Source: a virus (taxonomy: Duplodnaviria > Heunggongvirae > Uroviricota > Caudoviricetes). Taken from it: a stretch of 40,808 nt of DNA. The stretch lies in the IMG/VR virus record IMGVR_UViG_2778261545_000004. One strand, given 5' to 3'. The notes below the pieces were generated by a model. It ran no database searches and had not been told where the DNA came from. It saw only the letters and a program-made list of their open reading frames with translations. Shown here one piece after another: positions 16,414-26,474 of the stretch. Both the position numbers and the translations under genes were made by a program. Each line of letters begins with the position of its first letter. Position 1 is the stretch's first letter.

Positions 16414-16474
16414 GGGGCGGGTCAAATCCCTGTGACCTGACGTCTTCCGGACTGCCCGCCCCATCGTTTTTTTA
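16414..16474. other. GC-rich inverted repeat plus T-tract between HNH and terS (candidate cos/packaging site or terminator)
   Basis: GGGGCGGG (16414-16421) and CCCGCCCC (16455-16462) followed by ATCGTTTTTTTA. Confidence 0.3.
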
Positions 16475-16512
16475 TACCCGCGAAAAATGAAATTTAACCA
16501 GGAGTGCCGCAT

Positions 16513-17007
16513 ATGGCTGGAACGGCGGGGCGTTCCGGGCGTCGCCCCAAGCCAACGGCGCGCAAGGCGCTGGCCGGAAACCCCGGCAAGCGAGCCCTGA
16601 ATAAAGATGAACCTGTTTTTACGCCCATCAAAGGTGTTGAGCCACCGGAGTGGTTCGCTGAAGAAGATCTCCCTCTCGCCACGATCATGTGGCAACTGAC
16701 AGCCAAAGAACTCTGCGGTCAGGGCCTGCTGTGCGTGACTGACCTCGCGGTGCTTGAGCGGTGGTGCGTGGCCTACGAGTTCTGGCGACGTGCCGTGAAA
16801 AATATTGCCATACAGGGCAACACCATCACCGGTGCAATGGGCGGCAGGGTCAAAAATCCGGAGCTGACCGCCAAAAAAGAACAGGAGTCCGAGATGAGCA
16901 GCACGGGGGCAATGCTCGGACTCGACCCCAGCAGCCGCCAGCGTCTGATTGGCCTGGCGGGGCAGAAGAAAGCCACTAACCCGTTTCTGAAAATCATCGA
17001 GTCATGA
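16513..17007 (+). CDS. Terminase small subunit
   Basis: 165 aa from ATG 16513 (AGGAG 8 nt upstream); basic N-terminus; directly precedes terL. Confidence 0.8.
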   Translation: MAGTAGRSGRRPKPTARKALAGNPGKRALNKDEPVFTPIKGVEPPEWFAEEDLPLATIMWQLTAKELCGQGLLCVTDLAVLERWCVAYEFWRRAVKNIAIQGNTITGAMGGRVKNPELTAKKEQESEMSSTGAMLGLDPSSRQRLIGLAGQKKATNPFLKIIES

Positions 17008-18737
17008 GCCGGAAATCTTACCCCAACGTAAATGCTGCCAATCAGTATGCCCGTGATGTTGTGCGCGGAAAGATTGTGGCCTGCCAGTTTGTGATTCAGG
17101 CCTGCCAGCGCCATCTTGATGACCTGATGGCGGAAAAAAGTAAGTCGTTTCGTTACCGCTTCGACAAGGACCTGGCTGAACGGGCCGCGAAATTTATTCA
17201 GCTGTTGCCACACACCAAGGGGGAGTGGGCATTCAAGAGGATGCCCATCACGCTGGAACCGTGGCAGCTCTTTGTGATCTGCTGTGCGTTTGGCTGGGTC
17301 AATAAAGGCTCCCGGCTGCGCCGCTTCAGGGAGGTGTATACCGAAATCCCCCGTAAGAACGGCAAATCGGCAATCTCTGCCGGTGTTGCCCTGTATTGTT
17401 TTGCCTGTGATAACGAGTTTGGCGCGGAAGTGTATTCCGGTGCCACGACAGAGAAACAGGCGTGGGAAGTCTTTCGCCCGGCGCGACTGATGTGTAAACG
17501 CACACCCATGCTGACGGAAGCGTTCGGGATTGAGGTTAACGCCTCAAACATGAACCGTCCGGAGGATGGCGCGCGGTTTGAACCGCTGATCGGTAACCCC
17601 GGTGATGGTTCATCACCCCACTGTGCCGTGGTGGATGAATATCACGAGCACGCCACCGATGCGCTTTATACCACGATGCTTACCGGGATGGGCGCGCGAC
17701 GTCAGCCACTGATGTGGGCCATCACCACCGCCGGGTACAACATTGAGGGGCCGTGCTACGACAAGCGGCGGGAAGTTATCGAGATGCTCAACGGTTCGGT
17801 ACCCAACGATGAACTGTTCGGGATCATCTATACCGTTGACGAAGGCGATGACTGGACCGACCCGCAGGTGCTGGAAAAAGCTAACCCGAATATTGGCGTG
17901 TCGGTTTATCGCGAATTTTTGTTAAGTCAGCAGCAGCGTGCGAAAAATAACGCCCGTCTGGCAAACGTCTTTAAAACAAAACACCTCAATATCTGGGTGT
18001 CGGCGCGTTCGGCGTATTTCAACCTGGTGAGCTGGCAGAGCTGCGAGGATAAATCACTGACCCTTGAGCAGTTTGAGGGGCAACCGTGCATTCTGGCCTT
18101 TGACCTGGCGCGTAAGCTGGATATGAACAGCATGGCGCGACTTTATACCCGCGAGATTGACGGTAAAACGCATTACTACAGTGTGGCTCCGCGCTTCTGG
18201 GTACCGTATGACACGGTGTACAGCGTCGAGAAAAATGAAGATCGCCGGACAGCCGAACGCTTTCAGAAATGGGTGGAAATGGGCGTTCTGACCGTTACCG
18301 ATGGTGCGGAGGTGGATTATCGCTACATCCTCGAGGAGGCCAAAGCGGCGAACAAAATCAGCCCGGTCAGTGAGTCACCCATCGACCCCTTCGGGGCGAC
18401 CGGGTTGTCACATGACCTTGCTGATGAAGACCTGAATCCCGTCACTATCATTCAGAACTACACCAACATGTCCGACCCGATGAAAGAGCTGGAAGCGGCA
18501 ATTGAATCGGGGCGCTTTCATCATGATGGCAATCCCATCATGACCTGGTGTATCGGCAATGTGGTCGGCAAAACCATTCCGGGTAACGATGATGTGGTGA
18601 AACCCGTCAAAGAGCAGGCGGAAAACAAAATTGACGGTGCAGTTGCGCTGATTATGGCGGTTGGCAGAGCCATACTGTACGAGAAAGAAGACACGCTGTC
18701 TGACCACATTGAGTCCTATGGGATCCGCTCGCTTTAA
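17004..18737 (+). CDS. Terminase large subunit
   Basis: 577 aa; Walker A-like region (EIPRKNGKS), C-terminal nuclease region; overlaps terS stop. Confidence 0.9.
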   Translation: MSRKSYPNVNAANQYARDVVRGKIVACQFVIQACQRHLDDLMAEKSKSFRYRFDKDLAERAAKFIQLLPHTKGEWAFKRMPITLEPWQLFVICCAFGWVNKGSRLRRFREVYTEIPRKNGKSAISAGVALYCFACDNEFGAEVYSGATTEKQAWEVFRPARLMCKRTPMLTEAFGIEVNASNMNRPEDGARFEPLIGNPGDGSSPHCAVVDEYHEHATDALYTTMLTGMGARRQPLMWAITTAGYNIEGPCYDKRREVIEMLNGSVPNDELFGIIYTVDEGDDWTDPQVLEKANPNIGVSVYREFLLSQQQRAKNNARLANVFKTKHLNIWVSARSAYFNLVSWQSCEDKSLTLEQFEGQPCILAFDLARKLDMNSMARLYTREIDGKTHYYSVAPRFWVPYDTVYSVEKNEDRRTAERFQKWVEMGVLTVTDGAEVDYRYILEEAKAANKISPVSESPIDPFGATGLSHDLADEDLNPVTIIQNYTNMSDPMKELEAAIESGRFHHDGNPIMTWCIGNVVGKTIPGNDDVVKPVKEQAENKIDGAVALIMAVGRAILYEKEDTLSDHIESYGIRSL

Positions 18738-18748
18738 CTGAGGTAATT

Positions 18749-18931
18749 ATGATCATGCTGATTCTCGCGCCTCTGGTGGGCGTGCTGGGGGCGCTTTTGC
18801 TGGCGTATGGTGCCTGGCTGATTTATCCCCCGGCGGGGTTTGTTGTTGCCGGGGCGTTGTGCCTGTTCTGGTCGTGGCTGGTAGCGCGATATCTCGACCG
18901 TACACAGCTGTCTGTTGGTGGAGGTAAATAG
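18749..18931 (+). CDS. Small hydrophobic protein (two predicted TM segments)
   Basis: 60 aa, GAGGT RBS, stop overlaps portal start. Confidence 0.4.
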   Translation: MIMLILAPLVGVLGALLLAYGAWLIYPPAGFVVAGALCLFWSWLVARYLDRTQLSVGGGK

Positions 18932-20172
18932 TGTTCTTTTCGGGATTATTTCAACGAAAAAGTGACGCACCGGTGACCACGCCAGCAGAGCTGGCGGATG
19001 CCATCGGGTTGTCCTACGACACCTATACCGGAAAGCAGATCAGCAGTCAGCGGGCCATGCGACTGACGGCGGTTTTTTCCTGCGTCAGAGTGCTGGCAGA
19101 GTCGGTCGGGATGTTGCCCTGCAATCTGTATCACCTGAACGGCAGCCTGAAGCAGAGAGCCACCGGCGAACGTCTGCATAAACTGATCTCCACGCATCCC
19201 AATGGCTATATGACGCCGCAGGAGTTCTGGGAGCTGGTGGTCACCTGTCTGTGCCTGCGGGGAAACTTTTACGCCTACAAAGTGAAAGCATTTGGCGAAG
19301 TGGCTGAACTGCTGCCCGTCGATCCCGGCTGTGTGGTACCGAAGCTTAACAGTAGCTGGGAGCCGATCTATCAGGTCACATTCCCGGATGGCTCCACGGA
19401 TGTACTGAGCCAGGAAGATATCTGGCATGTGCGCACGCTGACGCTGGACGGACTGGTGGGGCTGAATCCCATCGCCTATGCCCGCGAGGCAATATCGCTG
19501 GCGGCAGCGACCGAAGAGCACGGGGCCAGACTGTTCAGCAATGGCGCGGTGACGTCGGGTGTGTTGCGTACAGAGCAGACGCTGTCAGATCAGGCTTATG
19601 AGCGCCTGAAGAAAGATTTTGAGGAGCGTCACACCGGGCTTGGCAATGCTCACCGCCCGATGATCCTTGAGATGGGGCTGGACTGGAAGTCGATGGCGCT
19701 GAACGCCGAGGACAGCCAGTTCCTGGAAACCCGCAAGTTTCAGCTTGAAGAAATCTGTCGTCTGTTCCGGGTGCCATTGCACATGGTGCAGAACACCGAT
19801 CGCGCCACCTTCAACAATATCGAAGAGCTGGGGCTGGGATTTATCAACTATTCACTGGTGCCGTATCTGACCCGCATTGAGCAGCGGATCAACACCGGAC
19901 TGGTACGAAAAAGTAAGCAGGGCGTTTATTACGCCAAATTTAACGCCGGGGCCTTACTGCGCGGGGATATGAAGTCCCGTTTTGAAGCCTACGCTACCGG
20001 GATCAACTGGGGAATTTACTCTCCCAATGACTGCCGCGACCTGGAAGATATGAATCCGCGTCCCGGTGGTGATGTCTATCTCACACCGATGAACATGACC
20101 ACGAAACCCTCCGATGGCAGTAAAGCCGGTAAGCAGAAGGATAACACCAATGCAGACGAAACAACGTCTTGA
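18931..20172 (+). CDS. Portal protein (HK97 family)
   Basis: 413 aa, GTG start with GGAGG upstream; position between terL and prohead protease. Confidence 0.85.
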   Translation: MFFSGLFQRKSDAPVTTPAELADAIGLSYDTYTGKQISSQRAMRLTAVFSCVRVLAESVGMLPCNLYHLNGSLKQRATGERLHKLISTHPNGYMTPQEFWELVVTCLCLRGNFYAYKVKAFGEVAELLPVDPGCVVPKLNSSWEPIYQVTFPDGSTDVLSQEDIWHVRTLTLDGLVGLNPIAYAREAISLAAATEEHGARLFSNGAVTSGVLRTEQTLSDQAYERLKKDFEERHTGLGNAHRPMILEMGLDWKSMALNAEDSQFLETRKFQLEEICRLFRVPLHMVQNTDRATFNNIEELGLGFINYSLVPYLTRIEQRINTGLVRKSKQGVYYAKFNAGALLRGDMKSRFEAYATGINWGIYSPNDCRDLEDMNPRPGGDVYLTPMNMTTKPSDGSKAGKQKDNTNADETTS

Positions 20173-20800
20173 TGTACCGCTGAGTCTGAAATCTGTCAGT
20201 GACTCCGGTGAGTTTGAAGGGTATGGCTCCGTCTTTGGTGTAAAGGACAGCCACGATGATGTGGTGATGTCAGGGGCATTTGCCGCTTCCCTGCGGGCGT
20301 GGAGTGACAGAAAAGCGTTACCTGCGCTGCTCTGGCAGCACCGCATGGATGAACCCATCGGTGTTTACACCGAAATGAAGGAAGACGATGTCGGGCTTTA
20401 CGTCAGGGGACGGTTGCTTATTGATGATGATCCCCTCGCAAAACGCGCACATGCACACATGAAGGCCGGTTCGTTAACCGGCCTTTCTATTGGGTACGTC
20501 CTGAAAGACTGGGAATACGACCGGACGAAAGAAGCCTTTCTGCTGAAAGAAATCGACCTCTGGGAAGTCAGTCTGGTGACGTTCCCGTCTAACGACGAGG
20601 CGCGGATCAGCGACGTCAAGAACGCGCTGGCCCGCGGGGAAATCCCCGAACAGAAAAAAATCGAAAGAGTCCTGCGTGATGTCGGACTCTCCCGTACCCA
20701 GGCCAAAGCATTCATGGCCGGGGGCTATGGCGCACTGTCCCTGCGCGACGCTGAGGATGTGAGCTCTGCACTGAATGCACTGAAAAATCTGAACTTCTAA
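20150..20800 (+). CDS. Prohead maturation protease (HK97 family)
   Basis: 216 aa from ATG 20150 (AAGGA upstream); between portal and capsid. Confidence 0.8.
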   Translation: MQTKQRLDVPLSLKSVSDSGEFEGYGSVFGVKDSHDDVVMSGAFAASLRAWSDRKALPALLWQHRMDEPIGVYTEMKEDDVGLYVRGRLLIDDDPLAKRAHAHMKAGSLTGLSIGYVLKDWEYDRTKEAFLLKEIDLWEVSLVTFPSNDEARISDVKNALARGEIPEQKKIERVLRDVGLSRTQAKAFMAGGYGALSLRDAEDVSSALNALKNLNF

Positions 20801-20814
20801 TCAGGAGAAATACG

Positions 20815-22020
20815 ATGGCGGTAGATATTAAAGATGTCGAACAGGTCGCGCAGGAGCTGCAGCAGAAGTTTGACGACTTCAAAGCAAAGAACGACAAGCG
20901 CGTGGATGCGATTGAGCAGGAAAAAGGCAAGCTTGCCGGCCAGGTGGAAACCCTGAACGGGAAACTCAGCGAGCTGGAAAACCTCAAAAGCGATCTTGAA
21001 AAAGAGCTGCTTGAGCTGAAACGTCCGGCAGGTGGTGCGCAAAATAAACTGGCCACCGAGCATAAAGAAGCGTTTGTGGGCTTCCTGCGTAAAGGCCGTG
21101 AAGATGGTCTGCGCGATCTGGAGCGCAAGGCATTGCAGGTGGGCACCGATGAAGACGGCGGCTATGCCGTGCCGGAAGCACTGGATCGCAACATTCTCAC
21201 CCTGCTGAAAGATGAAGTGGTGATGCGCCAGGAAGCCACGGTGATCACCGTTGGTGGTTCCGACTACAAAAAACTGGTGAATCTGGGCGGCACGGCTTCC
21301 GGATGGGTTGGCGAGACTGACGCGCGCTCCCAGACTGCCACCTCAAAACTGGGCCTGATTGAACCTTTCATGGGGGAAATCTACGGTAACCCGCAGGCCA
21401 CCCAGAAAATGCTGGATGATGCCTTTTTCAACGTGGAAGCATGGATCAACAGCGAGCTGGCAACCGAATTTGCCGAACAGGAAGATATTGCCTTTACCAC
21501 CGGCGATGGTACCAAGAAGCCGAAAGGGTTCCTGGCGTATGAATCCACTGATGAAACCGATAAGGTCCGGGCGTTCGGCAAACTTCAGCATATTGTATCC
21601 GGCGAAGCGACGGCGGTGACCGCAGACGCCATTATCAAACTGATTTACACGCTGCGTAAGGCACACCGCACCGGCGCGAAGTTCATGATGAACAACAACA
21701 GCCTGTTTGCCATCCGTCTGCTTAAAGACAGCGAGGGTAACTATCTGTGGCGTCCGGGGCTGGAACTGGGGCAGCCGTCCTCTCTGGCGGGTTACGGTAT
21801 CGCTGAAAACGAACAGATGCCGGATATCGCCGCTGATGCGAAAGCCATTGCATTTGGTAACTTCAAACGGGGTTACACCATCGTTGACCGTATCGGCACC
21901 CGCATTCTGCGTGACCCGTACACCAATAAACCGTTTGTCGGTTTTTATACCACCAAGCGCACCGGCGGGATGCTGGTCGATTCGCAGGCCATCAAACTGC
22001 TGAAGATTGCAGCGGCGTAA
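20815..22020 (+). CDS. Major capsid protein (HK97 fold) with N-terminal coiled-coil delta domain
   Basis: 401 aa; N-terminal ~100 aa coiled coil then capsid domain; GGAGAAATACG RBS region. Confidence 0.9.
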   Translation: MAVDIKDVEQVAQELQQKFDDFKAKNDKRVDAIEQEKGKLAGQVETLNGKLSELENLKSDLEKELLELKRPAGGAQNKLATEHKEAFVGFLRKGREDGLRDLERKALQVGTDEDGGYAVPEALDRNILTLLKDEVVMRQEATVITVGGSDYKKLVNLGGTASGWVGETDARSQTATSKLGLIEPFMGEIYGNPQATQKMLDDAFFNVEAWINSELATEFAEQEDIAFTTGDGTKKPKGFLAYESTDETDKVRAFGKLQHIVSGEATAVTADAIIKLIYTLRKAHRTGAKFMMNNNSLFAIRLLKDSEGNYLWRPGLELGQPSSLAGYGIAENEQMPDIAADAKAIAFGNFKRGYTIVDRIGTRILRDPYTNKPFVGFYTTKRTGGMLVDSQAIKLLKIAAA

Positions 22021-22069
22021 TCACTCAGGGGCGCGGAACCGCGCCCCCTGTTCTGACGGGTGAAGAATC

Positions 22070-22270
22070 ATGATCCTGAAACAAGATCTGAAATGGTCAC
22101 CGGACGGTATGCGTGTTGAGGTCATTCGGGCCGGTGAGTATGACGACGGGGCGCTTCCTGCCCGGGTGCAGGAGATTGCACTTCAGGCCGGGTTAGCAGA
22201 GCGCGGAATCAGTGCAAAAAGCAGTAAAGCGGCAAAAGAGAAAAAAGCCACGACCAGTAAAGAGGGCTGA
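22070..22270 (+). CDS. Small hypothetical protein
   Basis: 66 aa ORF between capsid and connector genes, same strand. Confidence 0.4.
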   Translation: MILKQDLKWSPDGMRVEVIRAGEYDDGALPARVQEIALQAGLAERGISAKSSKAAKEKKATTSKEG

Positions 22271-22272
22271 GT

Positions 22273-22596
22273 ATGCTTCTGACAATGGAAGAGATTAAAG
22301 CCCAACTCCGGCTGGATGAGGATTTCGATGCTGATGACCGCCATCTGCAACTGCTGGCCTGTGCGGCGCAAAAGCGGACGGAAACGTATCTGAACCGGAA
22401 GCTCTATGCACCGGATGAAACCATTCCGGACAGCGATCCGGACGGACTGCACCTGCCGGATGATATTCGCCTGGGGATGCTGATGCTTATCAGCCATTTT
22501 TACGAAAACCGCTCGTCGGTTACGGAAGTGGAGAAACTCGACATGCCGCAGAGTTTTGGCTGGCTTGTTGGCCCGTACAGGTACTTTCCGCAATGA
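22273..22596 (+). CDS. Head-tail connector protein (gp6-like)
   Basis: 107 aa, position and acidic N-terminus typical of this family. Confidence 0.7.
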   Translation: MLLTMEEIKAQLRLDEDFDADDRHLQLLACAAQKRTETYLNRKLYAPDETIPDSDPDGLHLPDDIRLGMLMLISHFYENRSSVTEVEKLDMPQSFGWLVGPYRYFPQ

Positions 22597-23003
22597 AAAT
22601 TCGTCAGGCGCAGACCAGCGCAACCTACATTCTGCCGGACCCCGGCGAACTGAATAAACGCGTCCTGATCCGCCAGCGGGTGGATATGCCCGCGGATAAC
22701 TTTGGCGTGGAGCCTCAATACCCGGTTATGTTCCGGACATGGGCGAGGGTTATCCAGACCAGTGCCACCACCTGGCAGGAAACCGCGCAGACCGGAGACG
22801 CCATCACCCATTACATCACCATTCGCTACCGCCGGGGGATCACTGCTGATTATGAGGTGGTCTGTGATGACAGTGTGTACCGGGTGAAACGTCAGCGCGA
22901 TCTGAACGGGGCGCGGCGCTTTCTGCTGCTGGAGTGTACGGAGCTGGGCGAATGTAGGCAGAGTCACGGAGGCAACAATGACGACTTCCTTTTTGCACGT
23001 TGA
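22593..23003 (+). CDS. Head closure / head-tail adaptor protein
   Basis: 136 aa, overlapping starts and stops with neighbours. Confidence 0.6.
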   Translation: MKIRQAQTSATYILPDPGELNKRVLIRQRVDMPADNFGVEPQYPVMFRTWARVIQTSATTWQETAQTGDAITHYITIRYRRGITADYEVVCDDSVYRVKRQRDLNGARRFLLLECTELGECRQSHGGNNDDFLFAR

Positions 23004-23484
23004 TTTTCAGCAGCCCGCGGAGATGCGCTTTAACCGCGCCCGTGTCCGGCGGGCGTTTGTCACGATTGGTCAGCGTCATATGCGTGATGCCCGTCGGCTG
23101 GTGATGCGCCGTGCGCGGTCGGCACCGGGTGAAAACCCCGGTTATCAGACCGGACGCCTGGCTCGTTCGATTGGTTACATGGTACCCAGAGCCAGTAAAA
23201 AGCGAGCCGGTTTTATGACACGCATTGCCCCTAACCAGCACAACGGGAAGGGGAACCGGATGATCTCTGGTGACTTCTATCCGGCGTTTCTGTTTTTTGG
23301 TGTCCGGGGAGGAGCAAGACGTCGTCGTAGTCATCATCGTGGTGCATCCGGTGGCAGCGGCTGGCGACTGGCTCCACGTAATAACTTCATGGTGGAAACG
23401 CTTGAAAAGAACCGCAGCTGGACACGCTATTTTCTGGCGCGGGAATTGCGTAAATCACTGAAGCCGGAGCGACGACACAGATGA
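22978..23484 (+). CDS. Tail-completion protein (HK97 gp10-like)
   Basis: 168 aa, GGAGG RBS, gene order. Confidence 0.55.
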   Translation: MTTSFLHVDFQQPAEMRFNRARVRRAFVTIGQRHMRDARRLVMRRARSAPGENPGYQTGRLARSIGYMVPRASKKRAGFMTRIAPNQHNGKGNRMISGDFYPAFLFFGVRGGARRRRSHHRGASGGSGWRLAPRNNFMVETLEKNRSWTRYFLARELRKSLKPERRHR

Positions 23485-24041
23485 AACTGACGCCTGTTAT
23501 TGCTGCACTGCGTGCCCGCTGTCAGTATTTTGAAAACCGGGTTGCAGGCGCGGCCCAGTTCAAAAATCTGCCGGAGGTCGGAAAGCTGAAACTCCCGGCG
23601 GCATATGTGGTACCGGGGGATGATTCTCCGGGAGAAAACAAAAGCCAGACCGACTACTGGCAGGAGCTGAAAGAGGGCTTCTCCGTGGTTGTCATACTGA
23701 GTAACGGGCGTGATGAGCGCGGTCAGTTTGCCTCGTATGATGTGGTGGACGATGTCCGGCAGATGCTCTTTAAGGCCCTGCTGGGCTGGAACCCGGAAGC
23801 GTGCGGTAACCCGATTACCTATGACGGCGGCACGCTGCTGGATCTGAATCGTCATGAGCTGATTTATCAGTTCGATTTTTCGGTCATCAGCGAGCTTACC
23901 GAAGACGATACCCGCCAGCAGGATGACCTGAACAGTCTGGATGAACTGCAAACGCTGGCGATTGATGTTGATTATCTCGAGCCCGGTAACGGGCCTGACG
24001 GCGATATCGAACATCACACCGAAATACCCCTTCCTTCCTGA
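23481..24041 (+). CDS. Mu gp37-like tail protein
   Basis: 186 aa immediately upstream of the sheath module. Confidence 0.5.
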   Translation: MKLTPVIAALRARCQYFENRVAGAAQFKNLPEVGKLKLPAAYVVPGDDSPGENKSQTDYWQELKEGFSVVVILSNGRDERGQFASYDVVDDVRQMLFKALLGWNPEACGNPITYDGGTLLDLNRHELIYQFDFSVISELTEDDTRQQDDLNSLDELQTLAIDVDYLEPGNGPDGDIEHHTEIPLPS

Positions 24042-24049
24042 GGATCATC

Positions 24050-24220
24050 ATGTTTGTGAAACCTGTTAAAGGGCGGTCAGTGCCTGACCCTGCCCGCGGC
24101 GACCTTTTGCCCGCCGAAGGGCGAAATGTTGACGAGAACAACTACTGGCTGCGCCGTGAAGCAGCGGGTGATATCCGGCGCGTGAATAAAAAGGTGAATA
24201 CCGATGACGATAAGCTTTAA
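24050..24220 (+). CDS. Small conserved protein preceding the sheath gene (DUF2635-like)
   Basis: 56 aa MFVKPVKGRSVPDPARGDLLPAEGRNVDENNYW..., GAGGAT RBS; below ORF-track cutoff. Confidence 0.5.
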   Translation: MFVKPVKGRSVPDPARGDLLPAEGRNVDENNYWLRREAAGDIRRVNKKVNTDDDKL

Positions 24221-25700
24221 CACCATTCCGTCGAATACGCTGGTTCCGTTGTTTTATGCGGAAATGGATAACCAGGCTGCGAATACTGCACAGGACAGCG
24301 GAGCGTCGCTGCTGATTGGTCATGCCAATAACGGTGCAGAGATTGTTGCCAACAGTCTGGTGCTGATGCCGTCGGCAGACTATGCACGCCAGATTTGTGG
24401 TGCGGGAAGTCAGCTGGCGCGTATGGTTGAGGCTTATCGCCAGACCGACCCGTTTGGCGAGTTGTATGTGATTGCCGTTCCTGAATCCACGGGCGCGGCG
24501 GCAACGGTTACGCTGACGGTGACAGGGGCGGCAACCGAAACCGGCACGGTGAATGTTTATGTGGGACGTACCCGCGTGCAGGCACCGGTGACCAATGGCG
24601 ATAACGTCGCGACGATTGCCAGCAGTATCCAGGATGCCATCAATGCCGTTCCGACCCTGCCGTTTACGGCCTCATCTTCGGCAGGCGTGGTCACACTGAC
24701 CGCGCGTCATAAGGGGCTTTGCGGGAATGAAATTCCTGTCAGCCTCAATTACTACGGCTTTGGTGGGGGCGAAGTGCTGCCAGCGGGCGTACAGATTGCT
24801 GTGGCGACGGGTACCGCCGGAACGGGCGCTCCGGTTCTCACCGGTGCGGTGGCTGCAATGGCGGATGAGCCGTTTGATTATATCGGTCTGCCGTTCAACG
24901 ACACGGCCTCCGTTAACACGCTGGTGACCGAGATGAACGATACCAGCGGTCGCTGGAGCTATGCGCGTCAGCTGTATGGTCATGTGTATACGGCAAAGAC
25001 CGGCACGCTGTCAGAACTGGTGACCGCAGGTGACCAGTTTAACCAGCAGCACATTACCCTGGCGGGATACGAAAAAGAAACCCAGACACCTGCCGACGAG
25101 CTGGCGGCAAGCCGTACCGCCCGCGCAGCGGTGTTTATCCGCAACGATCCGGCACGTCCCACGCAGACCGGTGAGCTGGTGGGTATGCTGCCTGCGCCGA
25201 AGGGGAAACGGTTCACGATGACAGAACAACAGACCCTGCTGTCTCATGGCGTGGCAACGGCGTATGTCGAAAGTGGGGTACTGCGCATTCAGCGTGATGT
25301 CACCACGTACAGGAAAAACGCTTACGGGGTTGCGGATAACAGCTACCTCGACAGCGAGACGCTGCATACCAGTGCGTATGTACTGCGCAAACTGAAATCC
25401 GTCATTACCAGTAAGTACGGGCGTCACAAGCTTGCCAGCGACGGTACCCGCTTTGGTCCCGGTCAGGCGATTGTCACCCCGGCGGTGATCAAAGGGGAAC
25501 TGCTGGCAACCTACCGTCAGCTTGAGCGTGCGGGGATCGTGGAAAACTACGAACTGTTTAAGCAGTACCTGGTTGTGGAGCGTGATGCCAGCGATCCGAA
25601 CCGCCTGAACACGCTGTTCCCGCCTGACTATGTTAACCAGTTGCGTGTTTTTGCCGTGGTTAACCAGTTCCGTCTTCAGTATTCAGAGGAGTCCGCATAA
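24204..25700 (+). CDS. Contractile tail sheath protein (Mu L-like)
   Basis: 498 aa; size and position upstream of the tube gene. Confidence 0.85.
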   Translation: MTISFNTIPSNTLVPLFYAEMDNQAANTAQDSGASLLIGHANNGAEIVANSLVLMPSADYARQICGAGSQLARMVEAYRQTDPFGELYVIAVPESTGAAATVTLTVTGAATETGTVNVYVGRTRVQAPVTNGDNVATIASSIQDAINAVPTLPFTASSSAGVVTLTARHKGLCGNEIPVSLNYYGFGGGEVLPAGVQIAVATGTAGTGAPVLTGAVAAMADEPFDYIGLPFNDTASVNTLVTEMNDTSGRWSYARQLYGHVYTAKTGTLSELVTAGDQFNQQHITLAGYEKETQTPADELAASRTARAAVFIRNDPARPTQTGELVGMLPAPKGKRFTMTEQQTLLSHGVATAYVESGVLRIQRDVTTYRKNAYGVADNSYLDSETLHTSAYVLRKLKSVITSKYGRHKLASDGTRFGPGQAIVTPAVIKGELLATYRQLERAGIVENYELFKQYLVVERDASDPNRLNTLFPPDYVNQLRVFAVVNQFRLQYSEESA

Positions 25701-26056
25701 TGGCCCGTATCGGGGGAACCTGTTATTTCAAAATTGACGGTCAGCAGCTATCGCTGACCGGCGGCATTGAGGTGCCCATGAACAAAACGGTTAACGATGA
25801 CATCATCGGTCTGGACGGTTCAGTGGACCGCAAGGAAACTCACCGTGCGCCTTATGTCAAAGGGACCTTCAAGGTGCCGAAGAGTTTTCCGGTGAGCAAA
25901 ATCACCTCGTCTGATGAGATGACCATCACTGCCGAGCTGGCGAACGGTCAGGTCTATGTATTGTCGTCAGCCTGGCTGCACGGCGAAGCGAACCATAATG
26001 CCGAAGAAGGCACAGTCGATCTTGAGTTCCACGGTGAAGAAGGGGATTACCAGTAA
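25700..26056 (+). CDS. Tail tube protein (Mu M-like)
   Basis: 118 aa directly after the sheath. Confidence 0.8.
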   Translation: MARIGGTCYFKIDGQQLSLTGGIEVPMNKTVNDDIIGLDGSVDRKETHRAPYVKGTFKVPKSFPVSKITSSDEMTITAELANGQVYVLSSAWLHGEANHNAEEGTVDLEFHGEEGDYQ

Positions 26057-26325
26057 TGAAAGAGCTTGAGTTAAAGAAACCGATTATTGCTCATGGCGAG
26101 ACACTCTCCGTACTGGAGTTTGATGAACCCACCGGGAAGGATGTCCGCGAGCTGGGGTATCCCTACCAGATGAATCAGGATGAGTCCGTCAGACTTCTGG
26201 CGCATGTGGTGTCGAAATACATTGTGCGGCTGGCGAAAGTGCCGCAAAGCTCTGTCGACCAGATGTCTCCGGCAGACCTGAATGCAGCGGCGTGGCTTGT
26301 GGCCGGTTTTTTCCTCCAGGCCTGA
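26056..26325 (+). CDS. Tail assembly chaperone (short form)
   Basis: 89 aa immediately upstream of the tape measure gene. Confidence 0.7.
   Translation: MKELELKKPIIAHGETLSVLEFDEPTGKDVRELGYPYQMNQDESVRLLAHVVSKYIVRLAKVPQSSVDQMSPADLNAAAWLVAGFFLQA
26307..26313 (+). promoter_or_regulatory. -1 programmed ribosomal frameshift slippery heptamer T_TTT_TTC
   Basis: Heptamer in correct phase (codons GGT TTT TTC) 10 nt before the chaperone stop; -1 frame stays open to 26474. Confidence 0.6.
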
Positions 26326-26474
26326 CGGCTGAATACCTCACTGATCGCTTCTTTGACTGCGCCAGTTACTGGCGCATTAATCCCTTCGAATTGCTGAATA
26401 TGCCGATCAGTGAAATTCCCTTGCTGGTCAGTCAGGCAAACAGGATAGAGCAGGAGAAACGCACACATGGCTGA
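26307..26474 (+). CDS. Frameshift extension of the tail assembly chaperone (long form C-terminus)
   Basis: -1 frame after the slippery site reads FFPPGLTAEYLTDRFF... for 55 codons and overlaps the tape measure start. Confidence 0.55.
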   Translation, partial: FFPPGLTAEYLTDRFFDCASYWRINPFELLNMPISEIPLLVSQANRIEQEKRTHG

